The notes under the pieces: generated by a model
The model's database searches: none
The model's input: the letters and a program-made list of their open reading frames with translations, nothing else
Told to the model about the DNA's origin: nothing
Position numbers and translations under genes: made by a program
Part shown: in pieces, positions 63,311-64,000 of the stretch
Layout of the letters: each line of letters opens with the position of its first letter
How positions within the stretch are numbered: position 1 is the stretch's first letter
Assembly (NCBI GenBank): GCA_030704615.1
Contig: CM060732.1
Location: forward strand, 49,414,001-49,478,000
Reading direction: 5' to 3'
Origin: Takakia lepidozioides
Lineage: Eukaryota > Plantae > Bryophyta
Length of the DNA: 64,000 nucleotides

Positions 63311-63979
63311 TCAGTCCACTGGTAGGTTTACAGGTGACAATGTACCTTGTCTAGGGAAAATGTACTCGTGAGGCAACCCAAACAATACAATGGCAGTTGA
63401 CAAACTCCAACATAGTCCAATACAGTACAGTAGTAAGTGTAGAAGGACTGTAAAGTACTGAGAGCCCACACAAACACTGCAAAGAGAGGGTGCGATTACC
63501 TGAGTCTCAAGAAGATAGTGAGCAGGTTGTGTATCATAGACTTTCCTCGACACGCGCTGCCTCACGACATCTTTCTTGTTGGGTGACACTCGTGTCTCAT
63601 TTACCCACCAAGCCAAAACAATTGCTCGGGTCGCATCTATTACATGATCAGACCTTTTCTTTCTCCCACCCAAAGCCCACAAACCCTCACCTCTTGAATC
63701 AATGACTCTTCGTCGTACTATTGCACGAATTATATTGTTGTGATGAATATTAAGGATACGAGCCATTGCCCTTACAGTAGTGGTCTGGGTTCCACTAACA
63801 GACGCTGTTAAGAATGAGCGTTTACTCGCAAGCTTATCTAAAGACTGCACACCCTTAACAAGTTGCATGGAGCTCTGCTGGTTCTTCAATAGATCAGCAT
63901 GCGCCTTGGCCTCCTTAGGCGCCAAGTAATAGGCAGGCAAGCTGAGTTTAATGAGATGGTGACCCAAAAATAACTCCAT
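63311..63979 (-). pseudogene. N-terminal part of a putative DNA-transposon protein (CACTA/Chapaev-like by weak resemblance)
   Basis: HTH-like RAMARILNIHHNNI and TRVSPNKKDVVR..HYLLETQ|GTAAT. Family assignment is tentative. Confidence 0.4.
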
Positions 63980-64000
63980 TACCTCTGTTTGTGAATGAAG

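Noticed and set aside
1-64000. tRNA or rRNA genes
   Set aside because: None recognised by eye; tRNAscan-SE or Infernal would be needed to exclude them.

Overview
This is eukaryotic genomic DNA, most likely from a non-seed land plant such as a moss or lycophyte. The evidence is GT-AG introns, an axonemal-dynein exon, plant SH3P-type exons and a chromovirus-type integrase. The first ~7 kb hold the 3' exons of an unidentified gene and a decayed fungal-type Egt1 (EgtD+EgtB) ergothioneine gene. The rest is a nest of transposons: (i) an element with a Ulp1-type protease, interrupted by (ii) a rearranged Ty3/Gypsy that carries a C5-cytosine methyltransferase and a C-terminal PHD finger, itself interrupted by (iii) a Mutator-like element filled with a fold-back satellite; (iv) a long inverted-repeat element, a chromovirus integrase remnant and orphan gene fragments; and (v) a 12.85-kb Mutator-like element at 50292-63144 with a 9-bp TSD. 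The best candidate for an undescribed system is element (v). It has a GCM-like/DDE/SWIM transposase, a divergently oriented 8-exon gene fusing a ParB/Srx-like domain to a beta-class amino (N6-adenine/N4-cytosine) DNA methyltransferase fold, and between them an array of 116-bp units that each contain a 40-bp palindrome. Most coding sequences in the window carry frameshifts or stops. All domain calls are motif recognition by eye, not database searches.
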